64,000 nt of DNA from Podarcis gaigeae (taxonomy: Eukaryota). The notes beneath the pieces were generated by a model. That model was not told the DNA's origin and made no database searches. It saw only the letters and a list, made by a program, of their open reading frames with translations. The translations under genes and the position numbers were made by a program. This document shows, piece after piece, positions 12,393 to 24,930 of this stretch; within the stretch, counting starts at the first letter, position 1; each line of letters opens with the position of its first letter. Location of the stretch: the NCBI GenBank assembly GCA_964106915.2, contig OZ066922.1. One strand, 5' to 3'.

Positions 12393-14761
12393 AACAGAGC
12401 CTAGGGCCTTCCTATGTTTAGAAAGAGAGTGGACATTTAGCTATTTACCATGCTGCCGCTTTGCTGAAGTTCACTCCTCAGCCAAGAAAACATAAACATG
12501 GACAAAGGGGACTTCAAACCATCCTTCTACATGTTCCCAGTAAATAATAGCAGTTTACCCTGGGTGGCTATCCAAAGTAAGAATTCTTTACATTATGAAT
12601 TTTGGGAGCTGCCAACACCTGTAACTCTGTAATGTTTTGAGCCATTCCACAACAGTCACCTCTGTATCCCTTGTTCTCAGCTGCTTGTCCCTTCTCTTCG
12701 CTGCCTGCCAGCATTTAAATTCCAAGCCAGCAGGATTTATAAAATGGCCTAGATAAACAGAGAACCAACAATGGTCAGCTCCCCAATCAAAGTAAAGGCG
12801 CTGTTGCTCTAGAAAGCCTTTTTAGGGTAAACCATGAAGTAATAGCTGCAAAACTATATAAATCGTAAAGCCTCCATTATAAAATGCATCTCTTCAGCAT
12901 CAGTGCAATGATATCAGCAATGGGTAGTTCAGTCCTACTTGGTCTGGGTGTTTGAGACAGTTCCCCAAATCCCACAAAAAAAAAGAACTTCCCATGCATC
13001 ATCTGATAGGCAGGGGGTTCAATCCTGCTTGGTCATTATTTGGCGCACCCCACAGGCCACCTTTGACAGGTGGGCAGGACCACCTACCTATCAGTCACCT
13101 GATATCATTGTGAAAGATGATGGCCTATGGGGTGGGGGGACTGACATAAAAATCTGTCCCACTATGCCGAAAAGGTTCCTCACCTCTGATCTACAACATA
13201 TATGTAGAGGTCTAAACATAAACAAGTAGTATCTACATTATATGGCACACATATACAAAATCCTTCAGGAATCTGATCAATTTCCCTAAGAAAGTAGATG
13301 CCATCCTTCAGTTACATGAACTTCAGAAAGACTAATCACGTAATGGCCTTATTACTGCAGGTTGGTGACCTGCAGTATTTTACTGTTGTTGGAATATTAT
13401 TTATTTATATTCATTTATTTCATGGCATTTATATGCTGTGTTGTTGTTGTTTTTAAAAAAAATTCTCAGAGAGGTTGTATGTGCCTCTAACATTTTCATG
13501 GTAATTCTGGGTCTCTTCATTTATTGAGTCAATCATTTAAATGAGCTGAAAACAAACATCTGGGATCTGGTCTTTGTCTTTACCTTTCTCTCACTTCAGG
13601 ATAACTTGGCCATTACCTCATAAAAGCAGCACTGGGTGGAGTTCCCAATTCGCAACCACCGCACAGTGAGGCAAGAGTAACCCAGACCTATGTGACTAAG
13701 TGTCTTGTTCTAATCATGTTTCATCAGAAGAAATTCCCACCTATTTCAAGGGAATACACTTATGTTTACTTGTTAAATGTTTATCTCAGTCATTGAACAG
13801 CCTACAGCTGGCCCTGGATCTGTGGTTTATGCTGCTCTGCCTCTGAAGGAGTGTTGAAGGCTTTTCCTCAGAATAGGCAGAAAAGACTACGGTTTTTCAC
13901 AAACAGATTGTTGCGGTTGCCTCATCTGGGCAAATGTTTACACACCCTTAATACCAAACTCTTACTTTCATCAGTATCTGTTACTAATTGGTTCAATATA
14001 AAATGAAGAATCAAAGTAGGGGGCGAAATAGCTTTAAAACCAGCAGTGCTGGAATTTTAATGCACTGAATAAGAATTGGCCATTTCATTTCCTTCTGTAT
14101 TAGGGAGACTGGCTCATTTTAAAGAACAACCATCTATATAATGCAGATGGGTGGGGTTACCCTATGTTGCTGGTGCTAATGTTTAAGCAGTCTTGGACCA
14201 AAGTACTTGAAGGATTTCTTCCTCCAATATGACCCCTTACTTTGCCCATCCCCATGTTCCCTGCCCTGTACATATGAGTGGGCCTTTTCAGTGGTTGACC
14301 CCAAATTCCCGAACTGCCTTCTCCAGGAGGTGCACCTGCCTTTCTCTTTCTCATTCCCCTGGCAGAGGCTAAAAGTCATGTTATTTTAGAGCACCTTGGA
14401 TATTTGTTGGATATTTGTTGACCACCCAAAGCCACAAAGTCCTCTGGATGATTCACACATTTTATTGAATACTGTGTGAATCATATAGTCCTGTGGTTCC
14501 CAATTATCTAAATACTATGGGCCTCCTGTTTTTCAAAAACCAAGCCACAGACCCCCTATTTCTGGAAAAAAAGACATCTCTATGGCAGTTTTTGGTATGT
14601 GAATGGTGTCACAGACCCCCTGGGTGGGTTACACATTAAAATATTAAACCACCAATAAAAACTTTTAAAGACTAATGAATTAGCATTAATAAACCATTAA
14701 ATAATAAACATCTAAAGCCAATCTTTCAATGTCCTGCCTAAAAAACAACACAAGCAGCATT

Positions 14762-17700
14762 GTTGTTGTTTAGTCGTTTAGTCGTGTCCGACTCTTCGTG
14801 ACCCCATGGACCAGAGAACGCCAGGCACCTCTGTCCTCCACTGCCTCCCGCAGTTTGGTCAAACTCATGCTGGTAACCTCGAAAACACTATCCAACCATC
14901 TCGTCCTCTGCCGTCCCCTTCTCCTTGTGCCCTCCATCTTTCCCAACATCAGGGTCTTCTCCAGGGAGTCTTCTCTTCTCATGAGGTGGCCAAAGTACTG
15001 GAGCCTCAGCTTCACAATCTGTCCTTCCAGTGAGCACTCAGGGTTGATTTCCTTCAGTATGGAGAGGTTTGATCTTCTTGCAGTCCATGGGACTCTCAAG
15101 AGTCTCCTCCAGCACCATAATTCAAAAGCATCAATTCTTCGGCGATCAGCCTTCTTTATGGTCCAGCTCTCACTTCCATACATCACTACTGGGAAAACCA
15201 TAGCTTTAACTATACGAACCTTTGTTGGCAAGGTGATGTCTCTACTTCTCAAGATGCTGTCTAGGCCTGTCATTGCCCTTCTCCCAAGAAGCAGGCGTCT
15301 TTTAATTTCGTGGCTGCTGTCACCATCTGCAGTGATCATTGAGCCCAAGAAAGTAAAATCTCTCACTACCTCCATTTCTTCCCCTTCTATTTGCCAGGAG
15401 GTGATGGGACCAGTGGCCATGGTCTTCGTTTTTTTGATGTTGAGCTTCAGACCATATTTTGCGCTCTCCTCTTTCACCCTCATTAAAAGGTTCTTTAATT
15501 CCTCCTCACTTTCTGCCATCAAGGTTGTGTCATCTGCATATCTGAGGTTGTTGATATTTCTTCCGGCAATCTTAATTCCGGCTAGGGATTCATCCAGCCC
15601 AGCCTTTCGCATGATGAATTCTGCATATAAGTTAAATAAGCAGGGAGACAAAATACAGCCTTGTCGTACTCCTTTCCCAATTTTGAACCAATCAGTTGTT
15701 CCATATCCAGTTCTAACTGTAGCTTCTTGTCCCACATAGAGATTTCTCAGGAGACAGATGAGGTGATCTGGCACTCCCATTTCTTTAAGAACTTGCCATA
15801 GTTTGCAGTGGTCGACACAGTCAAAGGCTTTTGCATAGTCAATGAAGCAGAAGTAGATGTCTTTCTGGAACTCTCTAGCTTTCTCCATAATCCAACGCAT
15901 GTTTGCAATTTGGTCTCTGGTTCCTCTGCCTCTTCTAAATCCAGGAGTTCTGGGAGTTCTCGGTCCACATACTGCTTGAGCCTTCCTTGTAGAATTTTAA
16001 GCATAACCTTGCTAGCGTGTGAAATGAGTGCAATTGTGCGGTAGTTGGAGCATTCTTTGGCACTGCCCTTCTTTGGGATTGGGATGTAGACTGATCTTCT
16101 CCAATCTTCTGGCCACTGCTGAGTTTTCCAAACTTGCTGGCATATTGAGTGTAGCACCTTAACAGCATCATCTTTTAAAATTTTAAATAGTTCAGCTGGA
16201 ATACCATCACTTCCACTGGCCTTGTTATTTGCAGTGCTTTCTAAGGCCCATTTGACTTCACTTTCCAGGATGTCTGGCTCAAGGTCAGCAACCACACTAC
16301 CTGGGGTATACGAGACATCCATTTCTTTCTGGTATAATTCCTCTGTGTATTCTTGCCACCTCTTCTTGATGTCTTCTGCTTCTGTTAGGTCCTTTCCACT
16401 TTTGTCCTTTATTATGGAAATCTTTGTACGAAATGTTCCTTTCATATCTCCAATTTTCTTGAACAGATCTCTGGTTCTTCCCATTCTATTGCTTTCCTCT
16501 ATTTCTTTGCATTGCTCGTTTAAGAAGGTCTTCTTGTCTCTCCTTGCTATTCTTTGGAAATCTGCATTCAATTTCCTGTATCTTTCACCATCTCCCTCGC
16601 ATTTTGCTTGCCTTCTCTCCCCCGCTATTTGTAAGGCCTCATTGGACAGCCACTTTGCTTTCTTGCATTTCCTTTTCATTGGGATGGTTTTCGTTGCTGC
16701 CTCCTGTATAATGTTACGAGCCTCCATCCATAGTTCTTCAGGCATTCTGTCCACCAAATCTAAATCCTTAAACCTGTTCCTCACTTCCACTGTGTATTCA
16801 TAAGGGATTTGACTTAGATTGTATCTTACCGGCCCAGTGGTTTTTCCTACTTTCTTCAGTTTAAGCTTGAATTTTGCTATAAGAAGCTGATGATCTGAGC
16901 CACAGTCAGCTCCAGGTCTTGTTTTTGCTGACTGTATAGAGCTTCTCCATCTTTGGCTGCAGAGAATATAATCAATCTGATTTCGATGCTGCCCATCTGG
17001 TGATGTCCATGTGTAGAGTCGTCTCTTGTGTTGTTGGAAAAGCGTGTTTGTGATGACCAGCTTGTTCTCTTGACAGAACTCTATTAGCCTTTGCCCTGCT
17101 TCGTTTTGATCTCCAAGGCCAAACTTGCCAGTTGTTCCTTTTATCTCTTGACTCCCTACTTTAGCATTCCAATCCCCTATAATGAGAAGAACATCCTTCT
17201 TTGGTGTCACTTCTATAAGGTCTTGTAAGTCTTCATAGAATTGGTCAATTTCAGTTTCTTCAGCACAAGTAGTTGGTGCATAAACTTGGATTACTGTGAT
17301 GTTAAAAGGTCTGCCTTGGATTCGTATCGAGATCATTCTATCATTTTTGAGATTGCATCCCAGTACAGCTTTCGCCACTCTTTTGTTGACTATGAGGGCC
17401 ACTCCATTTCTTTTACGGGTTTCTTGCCCACAGTAGTAGATATGATGGTCATCCGAACTGAATTCACCCATTCCCGTCCATTTTAGTTCACTGATGCCCA
17501 GGATGTCAATATTTATTCTTGCCATCTCATTTTTGACCACCTCCAACTTACCCAGGTTCATGGTTCTTACATTCCAGGTTCCTATGCAATATTTTTCTTT
17601 ACAGCATTGGACTTCCCTTTCGCTTCCAGGCATATCCGCAACTGAGCGTCCTTTCGGCTTTGGCCCAGCCGCTTCATCAGCTCTGGATCTACTTGTACTT

Positions 17701-17977
17701 GCCCTCCGCTCTTCCCCAGTAGCATGTTGGACGCCTTCCGACCTGAGGGGCTCATCTTCCAGCGTCATATCTTTTATATGCCTGTTGTCTTTGTCCATGG
17801 AGTTTTCTTGGCAGGGATACTGGAGTGGCTTGCCGGTTCCTCCTCCAGGTGGATCACGTTTGGTCAAAACTCTCCACTATGACCTGTTCATCTTGGGTGC
17901 CCTGCTCGGCATAGTTCATAGCTTCTCTGAGTTCTTCAAGCCCCTTCGCCACGGCAAGGCAGTGATCCATGAAGGGG
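14762..17977 (-). mobile_element. Full-length Bov-B (RTE clade) LINE with one frameshift
   Basis: 3.2 kb. APE motifs IGTWNVR, ILGISE, QVYAPT, GDWNAKVG, QIDYIL, GSDHQL; RT motifs YRTIAL, GVRQGCILSP, LRYADD. C-terminus VHGVTKSRTRLND; (CAA)n tail; 12-bp TSD ACAAGCAGCATT at 14750-14761 and 17978-17989. Confidence 0.97.
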
Positions 17978-18989
17978 ACAAGCAGCATTACCACATTTTA
18001 AACCCAGCAGACATATTTGCTACTGCTATTTAATTTGCTGCTATTTGGTCATTCATCATTTAAAGCCACTTTGCTGTGACATTATGTTTTAACTATCATC
18101 TTATGCTTTGTTTTGTTTTTAATTATTTTGCTTTTTAAATTTAAAAAGTTAGTATTTTTTATATAGAAACACAGGATAGAAATGCTGTACTTTAGAATGA
18201 GCACAATAAATAAATGTTCACCAGGATAACTTGACAATGCAATGTCTGAAAACTGTGGATCAGTACAGGATTGGAAAACACAGAACAACAATGAAAGATT
18301 GGTTGTCTTCAGTACTCATTCAAAAGGAGAACACTGAAGCCTCACATTCCTCTTGCAAAAACTTCAGACGCTCGTGAGAAGACTAAATTGTGGCATCAGC
18401 AGTTTTGGTCCGTTTGTTTGTTTTACTTCCCTCAGCCCAGCAAGTCAGTCAGTAAACAACACTTTGACGTCTGCAAGTCACAGAGAGAAGGTGACGTTCT
18501 GTGAACAAAGCAGAGGGTCAGAACAATTGTCTTGCAACTAAATGTCATGCGTGACGACTCCTCCGTGGAGACACAGTACTCTTTTCAAATCACATGTTTC
18601 TTAGTAAGAGATGGGGAGAGACAGCGCAGATTGTGCTTTTATAAAGAATTCAAAACATTCTCACATGACTTACTACAGTGGCTGGTGTGTGCTTGAGACA
18701 CTAAGAGGAACGAAATGACTCCAGCTTTGCAAGTCAAGGGTGTGTAGCTTGTTTATGGGTTGCTGTAAGGAAAAAACAGGGTTTGTTCTGCTGTAAGGCA
18801 TTGGCTGAACTAGCAAATGCCTAATTTAAAAGAAAACTCAGTAGCTGCATGCTGGCCACGGTGCAATAGAGCTAAACCCATTTAAGCACGCCATATTTTC
18901 TGCTGGATTGTAGTATTTTGCTTCATTTTGTTTTCCTTTCAGATGGCACAGAGCTAGTTTTCCTCATAGTGGCATCCCCAAAGGTTCAA

Positions 18990-19152
18990 GCATAGACCAT
19001 ACTTTTAAAGCACATGACTTTCCCCAAAGAATCCTGGGAACTGTAGTTTATTAAGGGTGCTAGGAACTGTAGCTCTGTCAGAAGGTAAACTACATTCCCC
19101 AAGATTCTTTGGGGGAAGTTGTGTGCTTTAAGTATATGGTGTGGATGTGACC
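18990..19152. mobile_element. Palindromic MITE (possibly PIF/Harbinger)
   Basis: Long imperfect inverted repeat TTTAAAGCACATGACTTTCCCCAAAGAATCCTGGGAA / TTCCCCAAGATTCTTTGGGGGAAGTTGTGTGCTTTAA; half copies at ~23350-23435 and ~27775-27860. Confidence 0.65.
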
Positions 19153-20544
19153 TAAATGTGCTGATCATGCTCGCACAGACTTTGGATACAAGTCACACTG
19201 CCTGCAGAGTAGGAGGAGGTTGAAACTGGTTTGCCCAGCTTGCTGTCTTGAAGAAGAGTTGGAAAACAGGAATTGGTTTTTTAAAAAAATAAATAGCAGA
19301 TGCATTTCAAACCACCAGTCCAGATCCCAGCCAATAAATTAACTTTGGGTTAATGATTTCAGGCCAGTTGCTCTATGTCTGGTACTGCCTGTGAGCTGGT
19401 TCTGTACCCATATTACCTGCTTTACCTGTAAATTTATAGAACAATTAGGCTATTACAAAAGCACCACACATCTCCTATGCTTGCTCATCCAAATGGAAAG
19501 CATAGAACAAGCTGTCTACGTGCAGAATTAGATCTGATACATTTCACTGATGCTGGAAAAATTAGTGTTCAGTCTATAGTTTCCTTCTACCAAGAATTTG
19601 TTTTGTGAAAAAAATCCAATTAACTTTTCAAAGCAACTTTATCCAATAAGCTTGGGGTAATTCCAAAAAAATAATAATAATAAATATTGCTGCTACTTCC
19701 CCTGTATTTGGCATTTGGAGTGCTTTGAATAATAATAGAAACAAGCAGAAGTTTAGATCTTTGGGAGAGATATTTGCACAAACCGACAGTGACACTGGAT
19801 ACTACTGGAGGAAAAAAAGGCTTGCATACAATGGGATTGGCCAGATTTGGATAAATTGTGTTTTATGTGTCTCCCCTCCCCACCCCCCCACCTTCAAAAA
19901 AAGTTGGGCAAAGGGATTTCTGAAGTACCCACCCACACGACCTTGCATATTATATTTCCCTTTTTTTAAAAAAAAAAAATAACACTGTAATCCTTTATTT
20001 TTAAAAATGCCAATAAGTTTAATATGATATGAAACTTTAGATGGGATGGGACAGAAAGATGGAGAAAAGTTCTAACAGCTGACACAGCCACAACCCAATA
20101 TCCCGCCCTTCTGCATTCTTTTAAAAGTTATCCAGAGGTATTCTATTCTTCATGAGATGCATTTAATGAAATAACAACAATCTGCACTTTTGCAGCCAGG
20201 AACAGCATCGGCTCTTTTTCAATCCTTAGCCAAAGAGAAGAGGCATATTATGCTTTTCCAAACATGGCTTTGGACCACACACACGCAAAATACACAGCTG
20301 AAGGTAAATACTGTTACTGCTCCTGTTCAGGCCCTTCTGCATCAGCAGGGCCAAAACCATTATTTATCTCTCAGCTGAGCTTCAAGTACAAGCCCTTTCC
20401 TTAAAATGGAGGAGTCAGTTCTTTACCCTCTGAGATAGATTTGCAAAGTCAGCTTTCCAATAAAGGGAAGCGAGAAAGAACTTCTGACATGAAAAGAAAG
20501 GCAAACAGAAAGTACAGAAAGAATGGGAAATCTTTAAAGAGTAT

Positions 20545-21046
20545 CTGGAAAAACATTACAATAACAAATATCTCCTGGCAGAAATAGAATGATCCTTATA
20601 AAACAACAAATATAATGTATTTTGATATCTGACGAAAATAAAGAAAGCACTACAATAATTTGGAACTGTGTGTGAAAAAATAGTAGAAATAATAACACAA
20701 TGAGTCTAATTGGAAGTCAAATGTGTTTATTTTCTTTTGTTTTCTTTTTTCTTTTTCTTTTCCTCCCCCCTTCTTTCTCTTCTTTTTCCTTTTTTGTGCC
20801 TCCTTTCTTGGTCTTTCTCTCTATGATCTGTTAAGAAAGAGCTAAAGAGATAAAAGTGTAATATGAAAACTTCAGTAAGTTAAAAGTGATGTTGTATCAT
20901 TTTTCAATTACTATTTACATATTGTTAAAATTGGTTAATTGTAATGCATTGATGTAGCAATTACTGTGGGTTTTTCCTTTGTTGTTGCTGAATTCTAAAT
21001 AAAGTATTATTCTTCAAAAAGAAAAAAGGGGGAAAAGAAAAAAAGG
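20545..21046 (+). mobile_element. Probable L1 3' end
   Basis: A-rich coding-like remnant, pyrimidine tract, AATAAA at ~20998 and A-rich tail; family inferred from composition only. Confidence 0.4.
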
Positions 21047-22131
21047 CAAATATGGTCAAGTACAACATCTATGCCTCTTCTTTTCTGCGCCCCTTTGGTT
21101 GAGATTGCCTTGCCAAAGAGGAAGTGTGCAACCCCTCAGGAACTTTTCCCCTTGCCACATTCATTCCACAAATGAGATCTGAGGTCACCATGTTCTCCTG
21201 CTTTGAAAGAGTTTTGCTACATAAGAAGAGAGACTTCTTTCACTGAATATGAAATGTTTCCTATGCAAGGAATAAGGCTGATAGCAAGGTCTCCCTGCCC
21301 AATGAAAAATGTTATGCAAGGTCTCTTCAGATAATGAGAAGGCCTTTTCTGTTCCCAGGTCAAACAATGCAGCCACACATCCATATCAGAATATCCCCCT
21401 GAAAGAGCAACTCTACCTGAGGCTTGCCTAGCCTAGATCACACCCCCCAGCCCCCATGACATGCTGACATACAGGTCACCAGTAAACCAGCATTTTGAGA
21501 AGTACCACACCTGTCTTTCTTATGCTCCCGGATTGTACTATTATTACCGGTAACAACTGGCTTGTCTTCTCTTCACTGTTCCTTTATAACGGGGGGGGGG
21601 GGGGGGAGACTTTTTAAGACCATAGGGCACATTTCATTCCATGCGTCCTTCTAGGGGGAATATGCCGATAGTGGGTGGAGCAACAGGTGTCAAAAATTTC
21701 CAGTTGTACAGAAGGTTAGTTTCTACATACACTTACCCTTCTCTATCCTCCATCCATCCAGGCAAGCCAGAGGCATTATCAGAGTTCAAGGACACATTCC
21801 AGCCAGGCAAAAAGGCTCTAGGAAGATGGGAAGCAAGGCCGGTGGGATGTGTTGTCTATGGAAAGCAGTTGTGGCTGAGGAGGGGAAGTGGCCTGGGAAG
21901 AGTTCCATATTTGGCCCCTGGGACTGAGGTTCACACCCCTGCTTTATATTTATTATTTATTTATTACATTTCTATTCTATCCCACTCTTCTTCCTAAGGA
22001 GCCCAAGTGGGGAAAAACAAATTGCCAGACCCCTTATGTGCCTGCAGTTGAAGTTTGAAAGAAACCTACGTAAGTATAGGTGCAGGGGTCTCCTCTGCAG
22101 CTGGCAGTGCTGATCTCTCCAGGCTTCTCTC

Positions 22132-22380
22132 TTTTTTTTTTTTTTAAAAAAAACAATTTTTATTAAATTTTCCATTTTAACAATCCAATCAAATCACATT
22201 AAGTATTCCAAATTATACAAATACATATCATATAGTCCAAATATTCTGCCAAATTATAAATTTTTATTGGGGCTTCTCATGCTTCAAGTTCAGTGGGGTT
22301 CCAATCATCTTATGTTTCTACTTCCTTGAGTTTCCAATAGTTCCTTCTTTAAATCTTCCTGTTGTTATCTTTCCTTCTTT
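22132..22380 (-). mobile_element. Probable L1-type 3' end
   Basis: Poly-T head with TTTATT (AATAAA on minus strand), followed by AT-rich 3' UTR-like sequence. Confidence 0.4.
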
Positions 22381-23554
22381 CGTGGCCTCTCAGTGTTTCC
22401 ACCGGCGAGTTGAAATAAACAATAATGTGCTTCTGTGTGAAATTTGTATGACTCTCCTTTTTTCTGCAGCTGGTAAGTCTGTTGTTTGCAGAATGTCCTC
22501 ACACGCTGGTGTTTATGCCGAATCAATCCAAAAGTCCTTCTCTGGTGGCAGACGCCATCTTCACTCAGTTCCGATGAAATAAAATCTGGGCGTTTGCTCA
22601 TTAGATCTCTCTGGGCTTCTCAAGTGTGTAGAGAGTACTGCATGCATTCCACTGTATGTGTGCAGATCCATTCATGCTCACGTTGAGCATGTGGATGTCC
22701 AGAATGTGGCCAGCAGGTGTGCCAGTTTCAGTGGTGAAGCCAGGCGTCAGGGATGTGGCCAGCAGTCACAGACTCACTTTCCCCTCCACATGTCCCTTGA
22801 ACAAATGGGGGAAACATGTGAAGAACGCTTTCGCTTGCCTCTGTTTCTCACAGCACTGCTTGTGAGCATTGGAAGACATTATGTTAGCTTGATCAATAGA
22901 GACAAGAAGACGCCATCAGAAATTCCTTAACTTATTGAAAGGCATATACTTTCATTGCTGGCTACTGAAAGCCATTTTTTCCCACAGACTCATTCAGTAA
23001 TTCATAAGGTATGTTTAAATTTGCTACATCTGGGATTCATCATCTACAGAAAACAACTCTTCATACTTCTCTGCATGTGTACCATCTGGAACCATGGCTT
23101 TGCCCCAAGAAAGGCTGGCTTTTGCTTTCACAAGGAAAGCTAGCCTCCATAGAATATGCATTTCTGCCAAGTCCAGCCAGTTTCATTGCTTAATGCAATT
23201 CATGATAACATGAGCTTTAAATCATATAATGTATGCTCCCATTTGCAGTACTATGTTTATATGTCTATGACTGTTTATGGATCAATGATATTGGTGTGAT
23301 GTGTTTGAATCATAGAGTCTTAAAAAAAAAAAAGCAGCACAGTTTTAACAACAGAGCTACAATTCCCAGCATCTTTAAAAATTACTTTCCCAGGAATCCC
23401 TTGGGAAAGTCATGTGCTTTAAATGTATGGTGATCAGTCCTTAACATTCAGCAGAACATGTGAGAAATAACAAAAAAAGTTGACTTTTGTTTTCTGTATG
23501 TTCTTTCTATCATTGAAAATCATTCCCCATTATTTTCATTTACTGCTGAAATGG

Positions 23555-24930
23555 GGTACCTTAGACTAAAAAGGTGGAATAGAAACAGGGCTGTGTTCTC
23601 GTCCTGACTATATTTGTCAGCTACAGTGGTACCTCAGGTTAAGTACTTAATTCGTTCCGGAGGTCCGTACTTAACCTGAAACTGTTCTTAACCTGAAGCA
23701 CCACTTTAGCTAATGGGGCCTCCTGCTGCCGCCGTGCCGCCGGAGCACAATTTCTGTTCTCATCCTGAAGCAAAGTTCTTAACCTGAAGCACTATTTCTG
23801 GGTTAGCAGAATCTGTAACCTGAAGCATATGTAACCTGAAGCGTATGTAACCCGAGGTACCACTGTATTCTTCTCCCCGTTACTCTCCTATGCCTTCAGC
23901 TCTACTCAACACAAGTGTGTACTGTCAATGAGTGATGGGAGTCTGTTCAATCTGGCACACCTCCGTTCCAAGACAAAAGTGTGGTGGGTCCTTATCTGAG
24001 CGGTGTTGTTTGCAGATGACGCAGCCTTGACAGCACACTCCAAGGAAGCCCTACACTGGCTCATCAGCTGTTTTGCTCATGCTTGCAGGTACTTTGACTT
24101 TACCATCAGCCTGATGAAGACGAACATCCTGGGTCAGGACGTCACCAGCACTCCATCCATCAGCATTGGTGATCACACACTTGAGGTGGTAGGCAATTTT
24201 GTCTACCCGGGTGCCACCATAACCAGCAACCTCTCCATCAATACAAGTGTATTGGCAAGGCAGCTACGGCAATGGCTTGCCTCTCCAGAAGGCTATGGGA
24301 GAATGTGATGCTAACATCCAAGATGAAGGTCTACCAGGCTTGTGGGCTCAGCATGCTGCTTTATGGAAGTGAGTCATGGGCAACTTACAACCATCAAAAG
24401 CGATGCCTCAACACCTACCTAATGTGTGTGTCAGGAATGGTATGGATATCACATGACAGGGCAGAGTTTCAAACAAGCTCACATACCCAGCACTCCTGTC
24501 TAAGCGACGTCTATGCTGGATTGGTCATGTCCACAGAATGGAAGATGCCAGGATCCCCAAGGTGAAGGACACACTTCGTAATAGCTCTGTATTACAAAGA
24601 TGTCTGCAAATGTGACAAGAAGGCTGGCAACATCCATGTGGGAATCCCTTGCAGATGACCACAGTGCCTGGAGACAGAGTTAGGTTGTGCGTCACTTGCA
24701 ATGACCAGAGGAGGAATGACCACTGGGAGGAGCACACAGAGAGAAAAACACCATGGTGCATCTGCAACAGCATGACTGGACGCCTTTATCTGCCCAGCTG
24801 CAACAAAGCACGCCTCTCCCATATCGGTCTCTACAGCCACAGCAGGTGCCGCAACCTTCCAACAGTTTGACTTCATTCCTAAAGGCGTACCCTTCCATTG
24901 TCTCCAGAGACAGACAGAAGCCAACAACAG
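23555..24930 (+). mobile_element. Decayed RTE-clade LINE (not Bov-B), interrupted by a MITE
   Basis: LFADDAALTAHS...TISLMKTNIL, LLYGSESWATY, and a C-terminal HIGLYSHSRRC-like motif; many frameshifts; boundaries approximate. Confidence 0.8.
23624..23865. mobile_element. Tc1/mariner MITE inserted in an RTE LINE
   Basis: TA-CAGTGGTACCTC...GAGGTACCACTG-TA; same family as 1644. Confidence 0.9.

Noticed and set aside
14798-18033. Long plus-strand ORFs over Bov-B (313, 193 and 179 aa), and 5406-5885 on the minus strand
   Set aside because: Antisense reading frames of the LINE ORF; no independent coding signal.
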